Shown here: piece by piece, positions 1 through 12,300 of the stretch | How the letters are laid out: every line of letters starts with the position of its first letter | Position numbering within the stretch: the first letter of the stretch is position 1 | From: Macrostomum hystrix | Lineage: Eukaryota; Animalia; Platyhelminthes | Length of the DNA stretch: 64,000 nt | NCBI GenBank assembly: GCA_950097015.1 | Contig: CATNEN010000003.1 | Coordinates: 5,394,001-5,458,000 of the forward strand | Reading direction: 5' to 3' | Made by a program: the position numbers and the translations under genes | The notes under the pieces: model-generated | Database searches by the model: none | Seen by the model: the letters and a program-made list of their open reading frames with translations, nothing else | What the model was told of the DNA's origin: nothing

Positions 1-632
1 TACGGTTGAGTATCCCAAATCTACGGTTGAGTATCCCAAATCTACGGTTGAGTATCCTAAATCTACGGTTGAGTATCCCAAATCTACGGTTGAGTATCCT
101 AAATCTACGGTTGAGTATCCCAAATCTACGGTTGAGTATCCTAAATCTACGGTTGAATATCCCAAATCTACGGTTGAGTATCCTAAATCTACGGTTGAGT
201 ATCCTAAATCTACGGTTGAGTATCCTAAATCTACGGTTGAGTATCCTAAATCTACGGTTGCGTATCCTAAATCTACGGTTGAGTATCCTAAATCTACGGT
301 TGAGTATCCTAAATCTACGGTTGAGTATCCCAAATCTACGGTTGAGTATCCCAAATCTACGGTTGAGTATCCTAAATCTACGGTTGCATCTCCAAAATCT
401 ACGGTTGAGTATCCTAAATCTACGGTTGAGTATCCTAAATCTACGGTTGAGTATCCTAAATCTACGGTTGAGTATCCTAAATCTACGGTTGCGTATCCTA
501 AATCTACGGTTGAGTATCCTAAATCTACGGTTGAGTATCCTAAATCTACGGTTGAGTATCCCAAATCTACGGTTGAGTATCCCAAATCTACGGTTGAGTA
601 TCCTAAATCTACGGTTGCATCTCCAAAATCTA
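1..632. repeat. 21-bp minisatellite (TACGGTTGAGTATCCTAAATC)n, about 30 copies
   Basis: Direct tandem periodicity; explains the SILNLRL ORF 6..794. Confidence 0.97.
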
Positions 633-1804
633 TGTTATTACGCCAAAATATACGACAGCATCCTCAAAATCTACGGTAGCTACGGTACCACACAACTCTA
701 TGCACTCCTAGTTGCAACAACTCTTTTATTTGTCCCGCATAGCTGCATTCAGTCGCTACAAAAATATGTCCTTTTATGGCCTGACATGACATGACATGTA
801 CGTCTAAAACTTGTGCTGCTAAAAGCTCTATCACATTTCCTGCAGCAAATGCAGGTGCCTTAATGCAGGTGCATGGCTTTATGATGAAGCCAAGCTAGAA
901 AGTACATTCTCTCTTAGCGGCAAGCAGCAGCGGCAACTGTTCTATTGCTTGAGAATGTTTCCGCGAAAGCCCAGTCAAGCCATTTTCTAGAAAAATAGGT
1001 TTGCATCGATGAGCAGCTTGTGGGAAAAAAACTTCTTTGAGATTTTTTCTGTCCCAGCTGAAAGAAGAATCTGGTTCTTGCTTTACTTCATTGTGACAAG
1101 TTTATTGCTTACAGTCCGTCATGCAAGAAAACTCATTCGATGTAGAAAAAAAGTCCAAAACTTTGTCAAGTCAACTTTTATCTCTACAATCCAATCTTCC
1201 ATTTTCCCCACATTTCGGTCTATCCTTAAATAGAGTCGCGTTTTTAACTGCTGCAAGCTAGCCAAGCAAAAATAAGTGAGTCTACTCAAGTTGGCCTGAA
1301 GTTCTCTTAAAAAACACCCTCACACACACACACTTACTCTCTCCATCTAAGCCCTAGGCATACAATTTTCCCAACTCTTCCCAATTCTATACGCTCTTTC
1401 TAGGAAAGCACTCTCATTTTTCCGGGCCAAGGCTGCCCCACCGTCCACTGAACTCAAAGCAATGGATTAAACGGTCCTAAAGTTGGAGAGAAGAGTGGGC
1501 CTGTGAGAGAGGATTTTTTTCCTATCCGAATCCGAAACTCTGCTCTTCGTGCATCTTCCCTTTTCGAGCCGCTAAAACTCATTGATTGGACTTGAAGCTG
1601 AGAACAGGACTCACTCGCTAACTAACAAACCCGTGTCTCTAAGCTTGACAACCATACCCCACTGATATATACATGTGAGATGCACTTGACTCAGTAAAGT
1701 ACTTGATTTGCTGGATATAGTAACCGAGATAAGTTTTAAATTTAATAAAAAAGTTGCGAAACAACAAATTTCAATGTTTATGCCCTTTTTTGTTTCCTCT
1801 ATTT

Positions 1805-2061
1805 TTCTCCCCTCTCCACTCTCTCCTCCCCCCCTCTCCTCTCCTCTCTCTGTTCTTTCCTCTCCCCTCTCCCCTCTCTCCTTTCTCCTCTTCCCACTCT
1901 CCTCTCCCCTTTCTCCTCTCCCCTCTCCCCTCTCCCCTCCCCCTCTCTCCTTTCTCCTCTTCCCAATCTCCTCTTCCCACTCTCCTCTCCCCTCTATCCT
2001 GTCTCCTCTTCCCACTCCCTTCTCCCCTCTCTACTCTCCACTCTCTCCTCTCCCCTCTCCC

Positions 2062-2103
<42 letters not shown>

Positions 2104-2140
2104 TCTCTCTTCTCTCCCCTCTCTACTCTCCACTCTCGCT
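1805..2140. repeat. CT-rich low-complexity polypyrimidine tract
   Basis: Almost exclusively C/T (ctctcccc motifs). Confidence 0.93.
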
Positions 2141-2624
2141 TCTCAGCTCTAGCCTTACTCATTTATACTCTCCCCTTTGTCCTTCATAATAAATTTTCTC
2201 TTCTGTTTTCTTCTTTCTTCTATACTATCTCGTAAACTTTAGTTTTTTCAAGCGGAAAACTTAGATTAGCCTTCATTGACAATCATGATTTCAAGCGATG
2301 TATACGTTTAAAAAGCTACGATTCATCACACGTTAATATATAACAATGAGTAGATGTACTTTATTATTTGAAGAAGCTGAAATTAGAGTAATAAATCGTA
2401 GACTGGTAGTCCTAGTCGATCTAAGAGAAGATCTTCAGTGTCTGGACTTGATCAAAAGATTAATCAAGGATAAGCATCTAAATGGTTAGTTACTCCTATA
2501 TTGCCGCATATACAAATCTGGTAAATTGCGATGCTTAACTCCCTAGGGTCTAGTTTAGGCGCTGATTAAACTGAGTGAGATTAAATAGGGAGAGAAGGTC
2601 AGAGAAGCGACTGGTGGAAAGAAG

Positions 2625-3110
2625 AGAGACGAGAGTAAAGAGGAGAGACAGGAGGGTAGAGGAGAGACAGGAGGGTAGAGGAGAGACAGGAGGGTAGAGG
2701 AGAGACAGGAGGGTAGAGGAGAGACAGGAGGGTAGAGGAGAGACAGGAGGGTAGAGGAGAGACAGGAGGGTAGAGGAGAGACAGGAGGGTAGAGGAGAGA
2801 CAGGAGGGTAGAGGAGAGACAGGAGTAGAGGAGAGACAGGGGTAGAGGAGAGACAGGAGTAGAGGAGAGACAGGAGGGTAGAGGAGAGACAGGAGGGTAG
2901 AGGAGAGACAGGGCTAGAGGAGAGACAGGAGTAGAGGAGAGACAGAGGTAGAAGAGAGACAGGAGTAGAGGAGAGACAGGAGGGTAGAGGAGAGACAGGA
3001 GGGTAGAGGAGAGACAGGAGGGTAGAGGAGAGACAGGAGGGTAGAGGAGAGACAGGAGGGTAGAGGAGAGACAGGAGGGTAGAGGAGAGACAGGAGGGCA
3101 GAGGAGAGAC
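2625..3110. repeat. 19-bp purine-rich minisatellite (GGAGGGTAGAGGAGAGACA)n
   Basis: Direct tandem periodicity. Confidence 0.95.
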
Positions 3111-3782
3111 AGACGAGTTCTAAGCAGATGTCTAAAGAAGCGACATGATGAAGCCAATCGAATGTTTTAGATCCAAATCAAGTTACACAATTGAATATTT
3201 TGCACTGTCAGGGATATTTGGTATCGCATAAATTTATTTATATGGGAAAGTTTAAACTCAGTCATACTCATTCGATTAATCAGGGGGGTTGATTCGACTG
3301 TCCTTGAGGGGAGAGAACCCAAATTTCATAGGGTTGTTGGGGGGCTACTTATTTTTTCTGGCAGGCCAGTTGCTGTGGGATGCGACTAAGACGCGGACCT
3401 CGCCAGAGGGAGTTGAGCAGGTTTGAGTCCAGCAGTGGGGATTTAATCAATAATTCCAATTTCACCCAAATCCTATTCCAGCTTTCTCCTTTCCAAACCT
3501 TCCCTTCCCGCTCTCTCTCTCTCTCTCCTTCCCAGTCTTGGTTTTTTCCTCTTCATCTCTCTCTGTGTTTTTACTCCCACAGCCAAATCGACTATATAGA
3601 TTCCATGCGGAGACATTGCGGCCAAGTTTGTTTGCTCAAGTTTGGGCGGGTGGAAGAAAGGCATTTTCGCTCTACTAGCCGATAGAATGAGAACGTATAG
3701 AGAGAAGTATTATTCTGTCTCTCTGTCTTCGGACAGTGTCTGTAGAACCTTTTCATACGTCGATAAAATGATGAAATGATCT

Positions 3783-4645
3783 AAATCCGAATCTGAATCT
3801 GAATCTGAATCTGAATCCGAATCTGAATCTGAATCCGAATCTGAATCTGAATCCGAATCTGAATCCGAATCTGAATCCGAATCTGAATCCGAATCTGAAT
3901 CCGAATCTGAATCCGAATCTGAATCTGAACTGAATCCGAAGCTGAATCTGAATCCGAATCTGAATCTGAATCCGAAGCTGAATCTGAATCCGAACCTGAA
4001 TCTGAATCCGAATCTGAATCCGAATCTGAATCTGAATCCGAATCTGAATCTGAATCCGAACTGAATCTGAACTGAATCTGAATCCGAATCTGAATCTAAA
4101 TCCGAATCTGAATCCGAATCTGAATCCGAATCTGAATCCGAATCTAAATCCGAATCTGAATCCGAATCTGAATCCGAATCTGAATCCGAATCTGAATCCG
4201 AATCCGAATCTGAACTGAATCCGAAGCTGAATCTGAATCCGAACTGAATCTGAACTGAATCTGAATCCGAATCTGAATCTGAATCCGAATCCGAATCTGA
4301 ATCCGAATCTGAATCCGAATCTGAATCCGAATCTGAATCCGAATCTGAATCCGAATCTGAATCCGAATCTGAATCCGAATCTGAATCCGAATCTGAATCT
4401 GAACTGAATCCGAAGCTGAATCTGAATCCGAACTGAATCTGAACTGAATCTAAATCCGAATCCGAATCTAAATCCGAATCTGAATCCGAATCTGAATCCA
4501 AATCTGAATCTGAACTGAATCCGAAGCTGAATCTGAATCCGAATCTGAATCTGAATCCGAATCCGAATCTAAATCCGAATCTGAATCCGAATCTGAATCC
4601 GAATCTGAATCCGAATCTGAATCCGAATCTGAATCCGAATCTGAA
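3783..4645. repeat. (GAATCY)n hexamer microsatellite
   Basis: GAATCT/GAATCC repeats with frameshifting GAACT variants; source of the SD/FRFG ORF. Confidence 0.97.
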
Positions 4646-4907
4646 CGAAAGACCTATCCGTTCTTTTGCCAATTTCTTTGTAATCCAAAAACTTATCAAC
4701 AATTATTGTCCAAAAAACTGAGGCATATCTAATTAGGAAACTGGGTAGGAAAATAAATGTTGTATAATGAAATATCAACTAATCAAATAACGAGGTTTTG
4801 TTCAAGCACCAGAGTTCAATTCTAGCAGCAGTCTCGCAAACTGCCTTCCACAATGTCCTCACACACTCATTGTAAGGCGTGATTCTCTAAACAGAACTGA
4901 TCCTTAC

Positions 4908-5010
4908 CGGCAAATCCTTTGCAGCCAGGTACAGTGGCAAGCAGTAAGCAAGCAGCCAGCAGGGTCGCATATAGGCGCAGCTGCCACTGCAACCCTGACT
5001 TCCAATGCAT
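4908..5010 (-). CDS. Probable first coding exon (signal peptide) of a secreted or membrane protein gene continuing leftwards
   Basis: ATG at 5010 reads MHWKSGLQWQLRLYATLLAACLLLATVPGCKGFA, then a phase-1 donor G|GTAAGG at 4907. Hydrophobic core with small-residue cleavage site. CCAAT boxes on the minus strand near 5151 and 5208. Too short for the ORF track. Confidence 0.65.
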
Positions 5011-6324
5011 TATTTAGCTGCTGAAAGAAACTGTTAAAACTGAAGTCTTCAAAGTATTCAAGCTAAAGCAGGTTCTTCCTATTTTTAAGTCTATTGGAAC
5101 GGGGCAGAGAGAAGTCTGAAAGAAAAAGAGGAAAGCTCCAGCGAATTCTGATTGGCTGCAGGCTCGATTGCATTTCTAAGAAAACTTTATCGACTGGAAA
5201 AAATGCGATTGGTCCGTCAGCTTTTTGGTTCAAAATACGAGCTCGTATCAGATCGTATTTAGAAAGTAAATTTTTTACTACGTCTCTTTTTCTACAACAA
5301 TAATTATTCATATTTAATCAAGTATACACATGCAGTTACATTTCAGCAAATTAAAACATTGCATGCTTTGTTGAACTAAGCACAATTATTTCCTAATTCA
5401 ACAAGTCAATTCGCAAGAAACGTAATCATAAATTGGAAAAATTATATTTTTTTGTTCAACGATTTGTCAGCTTTTTATTTAACTTTTTAAATGTGTTTTT
5501 ACATCAAACAAAATAAAATTTTAATCGAAACAATTAATGGTTTAACTTATCGTGATTCAAACTATTCAAACAAAAATTCCGTTTATTTTAATTTCAATCC
5601 TCCATAGTATACGTTTTAATAGCATTCTCAACATATTTGTCCTGGTTTGAACAGTTAAATATCACGAATGCATTGATTCAAAATCATCATAAAAACAAGC
5701 AATGTAATAGGCATCCTTACAATGAGATTTAATGGTTACAAGTGTACTAAAATTCAGATTAGGAAAGTAGCTAGAAAGCTAAGTTTACATATAAGTGATG
5801 TTTTGGCTCGTTTAAACACGCACAAACACTTGCATTAAAAGGCAACTGAAAAGATCGTCAAAAGCAACTAAAATGTTTTGAAATACTTTGAAGGATTAAA
5901 AATAGTAGGATATTTAGAACTACAATTTTTTCAGCAAGGCTTTTAGTCACATTCTTATATTTCGAGTATTTACACATACAAATGTTATGATTAGCGAAGT
6001 GTGGTGAACAACATCTGACAAAAGTTATTATTCTCAACGATGGTCTTAACTTATCGTGATAAAAAATGATTATATTTTTTTCTAAAAACCTTATTTGCAG
6101 TTAATTGTTAGCTACTTTGAGTAGGAACTATGCTAAATCAAAATATCAGGCTGGTTATAAACATCATTCAAACATTCGATCCAAATATTGATATCCTGTG
6201 ACACACACATTTTAATAAACTTTTTAGTTGCAATCGTTTAAACAAAATGAAAAATGTTACAGATTTGAACTCGGCATAGTAAATTTTAATTATCTCAGGG
6301 TTTCTATAGAAACGATTCTATGAT

Positions 6325-9300
6325 TCATAGCAATCGCCTCGTCGTGGTGACAGTCGTAGTTGTGACAGCTTCGCCTCCGTTCATTGCCATTGCGACCACA
6401 TCGTAGTCGGCGTCGATCTCGCTTGCCAGATCGTCAGCGTGGTCCGGCCTTATTGTGTAGATCTGCGTCACCGTGTGAAACCTTGGCCCCCAGCTGGCGA
6501 GGAAATCATAGCTCTGAGGCTCGCCATCATCGCCAGAGACGATGGAGTCGAGGTCGTCGGCTACGGCGCCGCGACCTTCGTACTGGTAGTCAAGGACGCC
6601 ATCCATTGGCGAAGGGTCAGGTCCGGCGTCGGCTAGGGCCACTCGAGCCTTCAGCATCGAGTGAAAGTCGTTGGTGGCTGTGAGCTCTGCGGTCAGGGTG
6701 GAGGTGATGTGCGATATGAAGTCTTTGTTTGTTGTGTGTTTGTAAAACTGAGTGAAATAAACCAGCAGGGAGTCTAGAGTCTAAATTAAATTAATATTTG
6801 CAGGAGGGCTGTGGGCACTTGAACATTCATTTGGTGACACTGGACCCGCAGCCAGCGAGGAGGCAATTCTGCCCATTTTGCTGACTCCTGAGCACACACA
6901 CACAGATACCGTACGCAGACACTCGCTCACACAGGTGTGTACATCTGCCCTGACTTTCGCATCGTCAGGCAGTGTACACTCTCACTGTGCCTTGGAGGTT
7001 GGCCCGCTTGAGGCCCTCAAGCGCGTAAATTGTACGACAAGCCCCCAAGCCTTCTCTCCGCGACTGCGCCCCTTATTGTGGTGGCCTCGGAATCGAGCTC
7101 AAGGACACTATTTGTCTCCCATGACTGAGTTTCAAACACAGCTACCTAGGATTTCTCGGTCAGGAGTTCGTACATTTATAGTTACCTTTATAAATCGATA
7201 CACACTGGTGCATTCATTTACAAACCGGGCTTATCTGTTAAGCTTCCCATCAGCTAACAATAAGTTACGAGCTGCATTTCAGATCACTCGTGGCACACGA
7301 ATAGCTTTTGAAATATATGTGGCTGTACTCACTGGTTACTGTCGTCTTCACAATGGATGTATCGGCCACTCGAACCCTGAGGTAAGTCATATCGAATCCC
7401 AGCTTATCTGCTTGACCTGAAAGGAAGTAAAATAGAAACGTGGATTCTCAATTTCATTCAGGAAGTTTTCAAGTTTGTTCAAGGCTCAAACAGAATCCCA
7501 TACTCACCTCCTCCCTCTTCATTGTAGTCTATGACATTCTCGTAGGGGGCGTCCAATAGAAGCGCTTCACCTTTCCGACCGGCGAAGCAGCAGAACCAGA
7601 TCAGGAACAGGACTGGGAAGCAGCGGGATTGGAGAAACGACATGTTTACTTACATACTCAAGAAACAGGCTTTACATTCAGATGCGGATCAACGGTTCTA
7701 TCGAGGTCTACTTACGAAGCAGCAGTAAAAATAATCCCAGCAGCACCAGAATAACAATGAGGCTGGCGCTACCAACTGCAAATAGTGAAATATCGCATCT
7801 TTCGCCTTGCCAGCCGGTGTTGCAGGTGCACCTGGGTACGCCTGACACCAGCGAACAGATTCCGTTCACGCACGGGTTGGTGTAGAGACACGCGCCAGAG
7901 GCTCGGCACTGACCGTTGAATAGAATGAAGCTTGACTGGCAACTGAAAGGGAGTGCGATCAAGCTAAGGATGATCTTGAATACTGTCTTTTAATATATAG
8001 TTGAGCTCTAAGGATGCTGTGGTGCTTAATATTGTGAAGCGAACCAAATGACCCAAAAGATAATACGAGCGTAAGTGGGACCAGGCGAAATTCTGGTAAT
8101 CATACTCGTACATCCGAAAATGTTTTTACCCGAAATCGAAAATAACCCGAAAACTTTGCACAAAAAACTTCCAAAATCTCGGATAACGTCATCTCTAGCG
8201 CTGCGTATTTCACCCAGCTGCTAATGGGTACCAGCATTCACTTTCCAGTCCATGGACTGTACAACCTTCAGGTGCGAGGCGCAAAAGCTGCAAATCTGGC
8301 CCCCAAGGTCCAGGTGTGATCAATTATTTTTTATTGCCGCCAATGGCACAGTCGCAGTTATTCAAAGGCGAATCCTTAACTAGAATACTATTTGTTTAAA
8401 CTACTCAATAAACGGCTCACCCGCAAACCGGAACGAACATAGGTCGCCAGGCGGGAAGGCAGACCATGGTCGCCGGGCAGGTCGATGCTGCGGGACAGAC
8501 CGCCGCCAGATCGTTAGCGCAGCCGGAAACAATGTTGGCACTGGCGCTCATGGTTGCCATAGCGACGGGGTTAGTGCCCAGGTCCGCTTGCACTGGCAGC
8601 CAGGCTTCGTTGATTCGTACGGTGCTGATGCAAGTGTCGATAAGGTCGGTGGATGCTGGTGAGATTGAGAGACCAGTTGAGTTGGAAACTAGTTCGGCGC
8701 CGATGCTTGCTAGATCACCGAAGACGATGTAGTTATAGTTTGAGGTGAGGCTCCCAAGTCGGTAGGCATAGTTGTAGTTCTCCCCATTGTCCAGACTCAG
8801 CTCAACGTCGCGCAGAGTGCGCCTCACCTGCGCCCAATGCCAAGCCCCATCGCTGACATTAGAATTGCGCAGCATCACCTCACGATAGACATAGTCGCCC
8901 ATGTTCTGCATGTAGATCAGCTGCGAGCCGCGAAGCCGGAGCTCCATGTGCTCAGGTCGATAGGGGTCGGCACTGGTGATGCGCAGCAGCGTACCGTCTG
9001 TCGATCTGGTTCGAAATTGCACGTCAAGTTTCACGCCCTGCTTTGTAAAGTTGGCAATGAGTTCCGGCTTGACTTTCAGCAGCATGTAGCTTCTGGTCTT
9101 CAGCTCGGACACTTCCAGAGCTATTGTGCAGCGACCGTTGCCATCTTTGCGATAGCCGCTGTAGCAGGCGCAGGAGCCGCTGCCTACTGGACCACCGAGA
9201 GCTCCCCAGCACCAACCGTTCTGGCACAGACTGGTGCCGTCGGACCATCGGCAGGAAGCCGACAGAGGTACGTAGTCATTGATAGCGTTGCTGCTCCAGG

Positions 9301-12300
9301 CACGCGGACCAACGTACAGGTCGTAGTTGGCAGAGTTGAACATCATTTTCGCCACAGCTCCGATGAATCCAGTTGTGGACAGACCCGTGGGATATTGAAC
9401 GGGGTTGGAAATGTTGAGCCGGCCGCCAAGAAACACGGGAAAGCTGGCAACGTTGAGCTTCTTATTGGCACCTGCCACAGTCCAATACACCTGGCAGCTG
9501 CTCAGGTTTGGAGCCAGAGGATCGCCGTCAAGAGTTGTCGGTGCTCCCTGGCAACCGTCCACTTTAAGGACAACTTGTCCATTTCTGAGAAACAGATCAA
9601 TGCGATGCCATCTGCCGTCGTTTAGCGCGGGCGCCGAAGTCACATTGTGCAGGCCTCCGGAAGAAATTCCAGATCCAAGCTCAATCGTCACCAAAGGCTT
9701 ACCATTGATCAACTCTATCGCAAGGAAATCCTTCATTGTCAGAGACGGAGCCATAGAATTAGGCACGCCGGAAATTCCTGTGTACAACAGTAGCACACTA
9801 GGAGCCACTTGAGTAGTGATGAAGTAGAAGCTCAGGTGAAAGTACATGCAGCCGCCGGAGAAAGCTGTCAGGGCCAAAAAACTGTTTGAGCTCGGGAAGC
9901 CCACCTGGAGCCTCTCGCAGCGCGGACCATCGTAACCGGCTGGGCACTGACAGGTGAAGGTGTTGCTGCCGGGCACGTCCGTACAGTTGCCATCGTGGAA
10001 GCAGCTCCCGGGACCGCAGCGGCTGGGCACAACTGGGCCAGTAGATTGACAACCGCACTCGGCCACTGTGGCTACTGAGATACCAACAAGCGCCGTGCTA
10101 TTCTGAATCACGGAGGCCGGACTGAGGCTGTCAATAACCAGAGTGTTCTTGCAGCCTCTAGAACACATTGCAGGCCCGTCTGCTTCGCTTCGGCACTGGT
10201 CCAATGGAGTCATGCGCAGCGTGGCATTATAGGCAGCGAACAGTCGCGAGAAGAGGTCTGCATTAACGCTTACAAGGCCGGCAAGTCGGGAAGAAAGATA
10301 GTAAGGTGAGCCCAGGGCTGCGAAACGGACAACAATACTCCGACTGCCAGGTAAATCGGAGACGTAGAATATGTGGACTTTGTCAAATCTAGTACCCAGT
10401 AGGTCTGCTAGAGCAAATTTGACGACATCGTAAACAGACAGATTGTAGTCTGGGAAGCTGTTCCTGCCTAAGGTTTGCGATGACGGGATTCTCTCCCGGC
10501 GGACAAACGTCTCCGAGTCCATGTTGTCGATGACCATGCTGCCAGAGTTTTCCAAAGCGTCATTCGGTAGAACAGTCAGCGTCACATAGAATCTGCTCCA
10601 AGCGGTGACTCCGTGGGCATCTTTCACCTCAATGTCGATTGAGTAGTTATTGGCTGGAGTGCCGCCCTTAATTGCCACCGCGCCCAATGAGTCCATTCTG
10701 AAATGGCGTCAATCGGCAAGATTTTAATATTGCCTGTATGAGTAGCGGCTATAGAAACTTTTAACAATAAATCAAGGAAAATACTCACTCAAAGTAACGC
10801 TGCGGCGATGTCAGGGTGTACGTCTTGAGCGATCTGTCCCAGTCGTCTTTGTCAAAGACAACAGCGTATCCTAGATCTAATCTGGTTGACGCGTTGAACC
10901 CTGAAGTGCAGTGAAATCGAAATAGTTAAATGGGAAAAAAGTTTGAGTTATTTTTTATCTAAGTTTTGCTGAAAAGTCTCACTCACAGTATTCATAGTTT
11001 CCTTCGTAGACATATACATACACCTGCTTGAAGCCGTTCGAAAATATTGGATTGTCGTCGACGTCTCCGATCGTGACGGTGACGGTACCTGTGCCGGTCA
11101 GGCCGCCCTTGTCAGTGATCAGGACGCGCAACAGAATATCTTTGCCATCGGTCTCTCTGTCGAATGTCTTCAATGAGCGAACGCTGAACGTCTGACCAGT
11201 GACGTCGAGAACAAAATTTCCTGTCCAACTGTTTCCGGGGCTCGCGTCCTGGCGGAATGTGAACGGCGCGCCATTCGCCGGTGTGTCTTTGTCGGCGGCT
11301 CTCAGATCCCTTGGCTGTGCCACAGTCCCTGGGATGCTGTTCTCCATAATTGTGACACCAGTGGGAGGCAGCAGGTACGGGGCTGAGTTATTGATATCGG
11401 TAATGTTGACAGTGAAGGTAGCGGACCCAGTCATTCCTCTGCCGTCCGTTGCCATGATGACAAAGTTATGCACCGCGTCACCAGCTGCTGGCGGGTTCCA
11501 CACCTCTCTGTTCAGCGCGGTCAGTATACTGATGGTGCCACCGGTTGGTGAGGCCACGAGCTGCAGATTGTTATAGGGATCCGACTCAGGGAGCACCCAG
11601 AATGTGAAAGCTTTGTCAGCGGCATCGGCGTCGGAGGCAGAGAACGACACACCCGTGGGTCCAACACTGGTGGGGCCTTCTTGACGAACTATGGAAGCAG
11701 CGGGATTGAATGTTATCACGGGCGCATTGTCGTTTGAATCGAGCACGTTGATGATTAGGGTGCAGCTTGCTGTGTATGGCGGAGGTGTACTGTCCCTGAC
11801 GACAATGCGCAGAACAAACGTCTTGGGCATTGTCACATTCTCGTAGTCCAGTTGTTTGTTAAGAATCACGGCACCTCCATTGATGCTGGGCACATTTTGT
11901 AAGGTAAAATAGTCCTGATAGTCCAAGCCTTGGTATGTTAGCTGTCCGTCGTCTATTTTGTCTGCATCTGTCGCCGCAGCGGCGAAAATATTTTCGCCAA
12001 CAGCCGTAATCTCCGGAACGTCTACTGTGTACAAGGTCTTATCAAACACAGGCGGATTGTCATTTATATCCACAATGGTTACTGAGGCCGTTCCAGTGAC
12101 TGGACTGCCAACTCCATCTGTGACAGTTACGACGAAGCTAAAGATTCCAAACGGTGCCTTTGGCGGCAACCGCTCGCTGTCCGCAATGCCCAGTGCAGCC
12201 GTTGTGATTACCTGACCACTCGAGGTAACGCTGACGTACTCTGAGCCATCGGCGGCATTCGGAATCATGGCAAAGGTCATTGTACCAGTTGTGTCTGGGT

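Noticed and set aside
3710-4702. SD-repeat (Sdr/ClfA-like) protein ORF
   Set aside because: Hexamer microsatellite with frequent frame switches, no flanking domains and a eukaryotic context.
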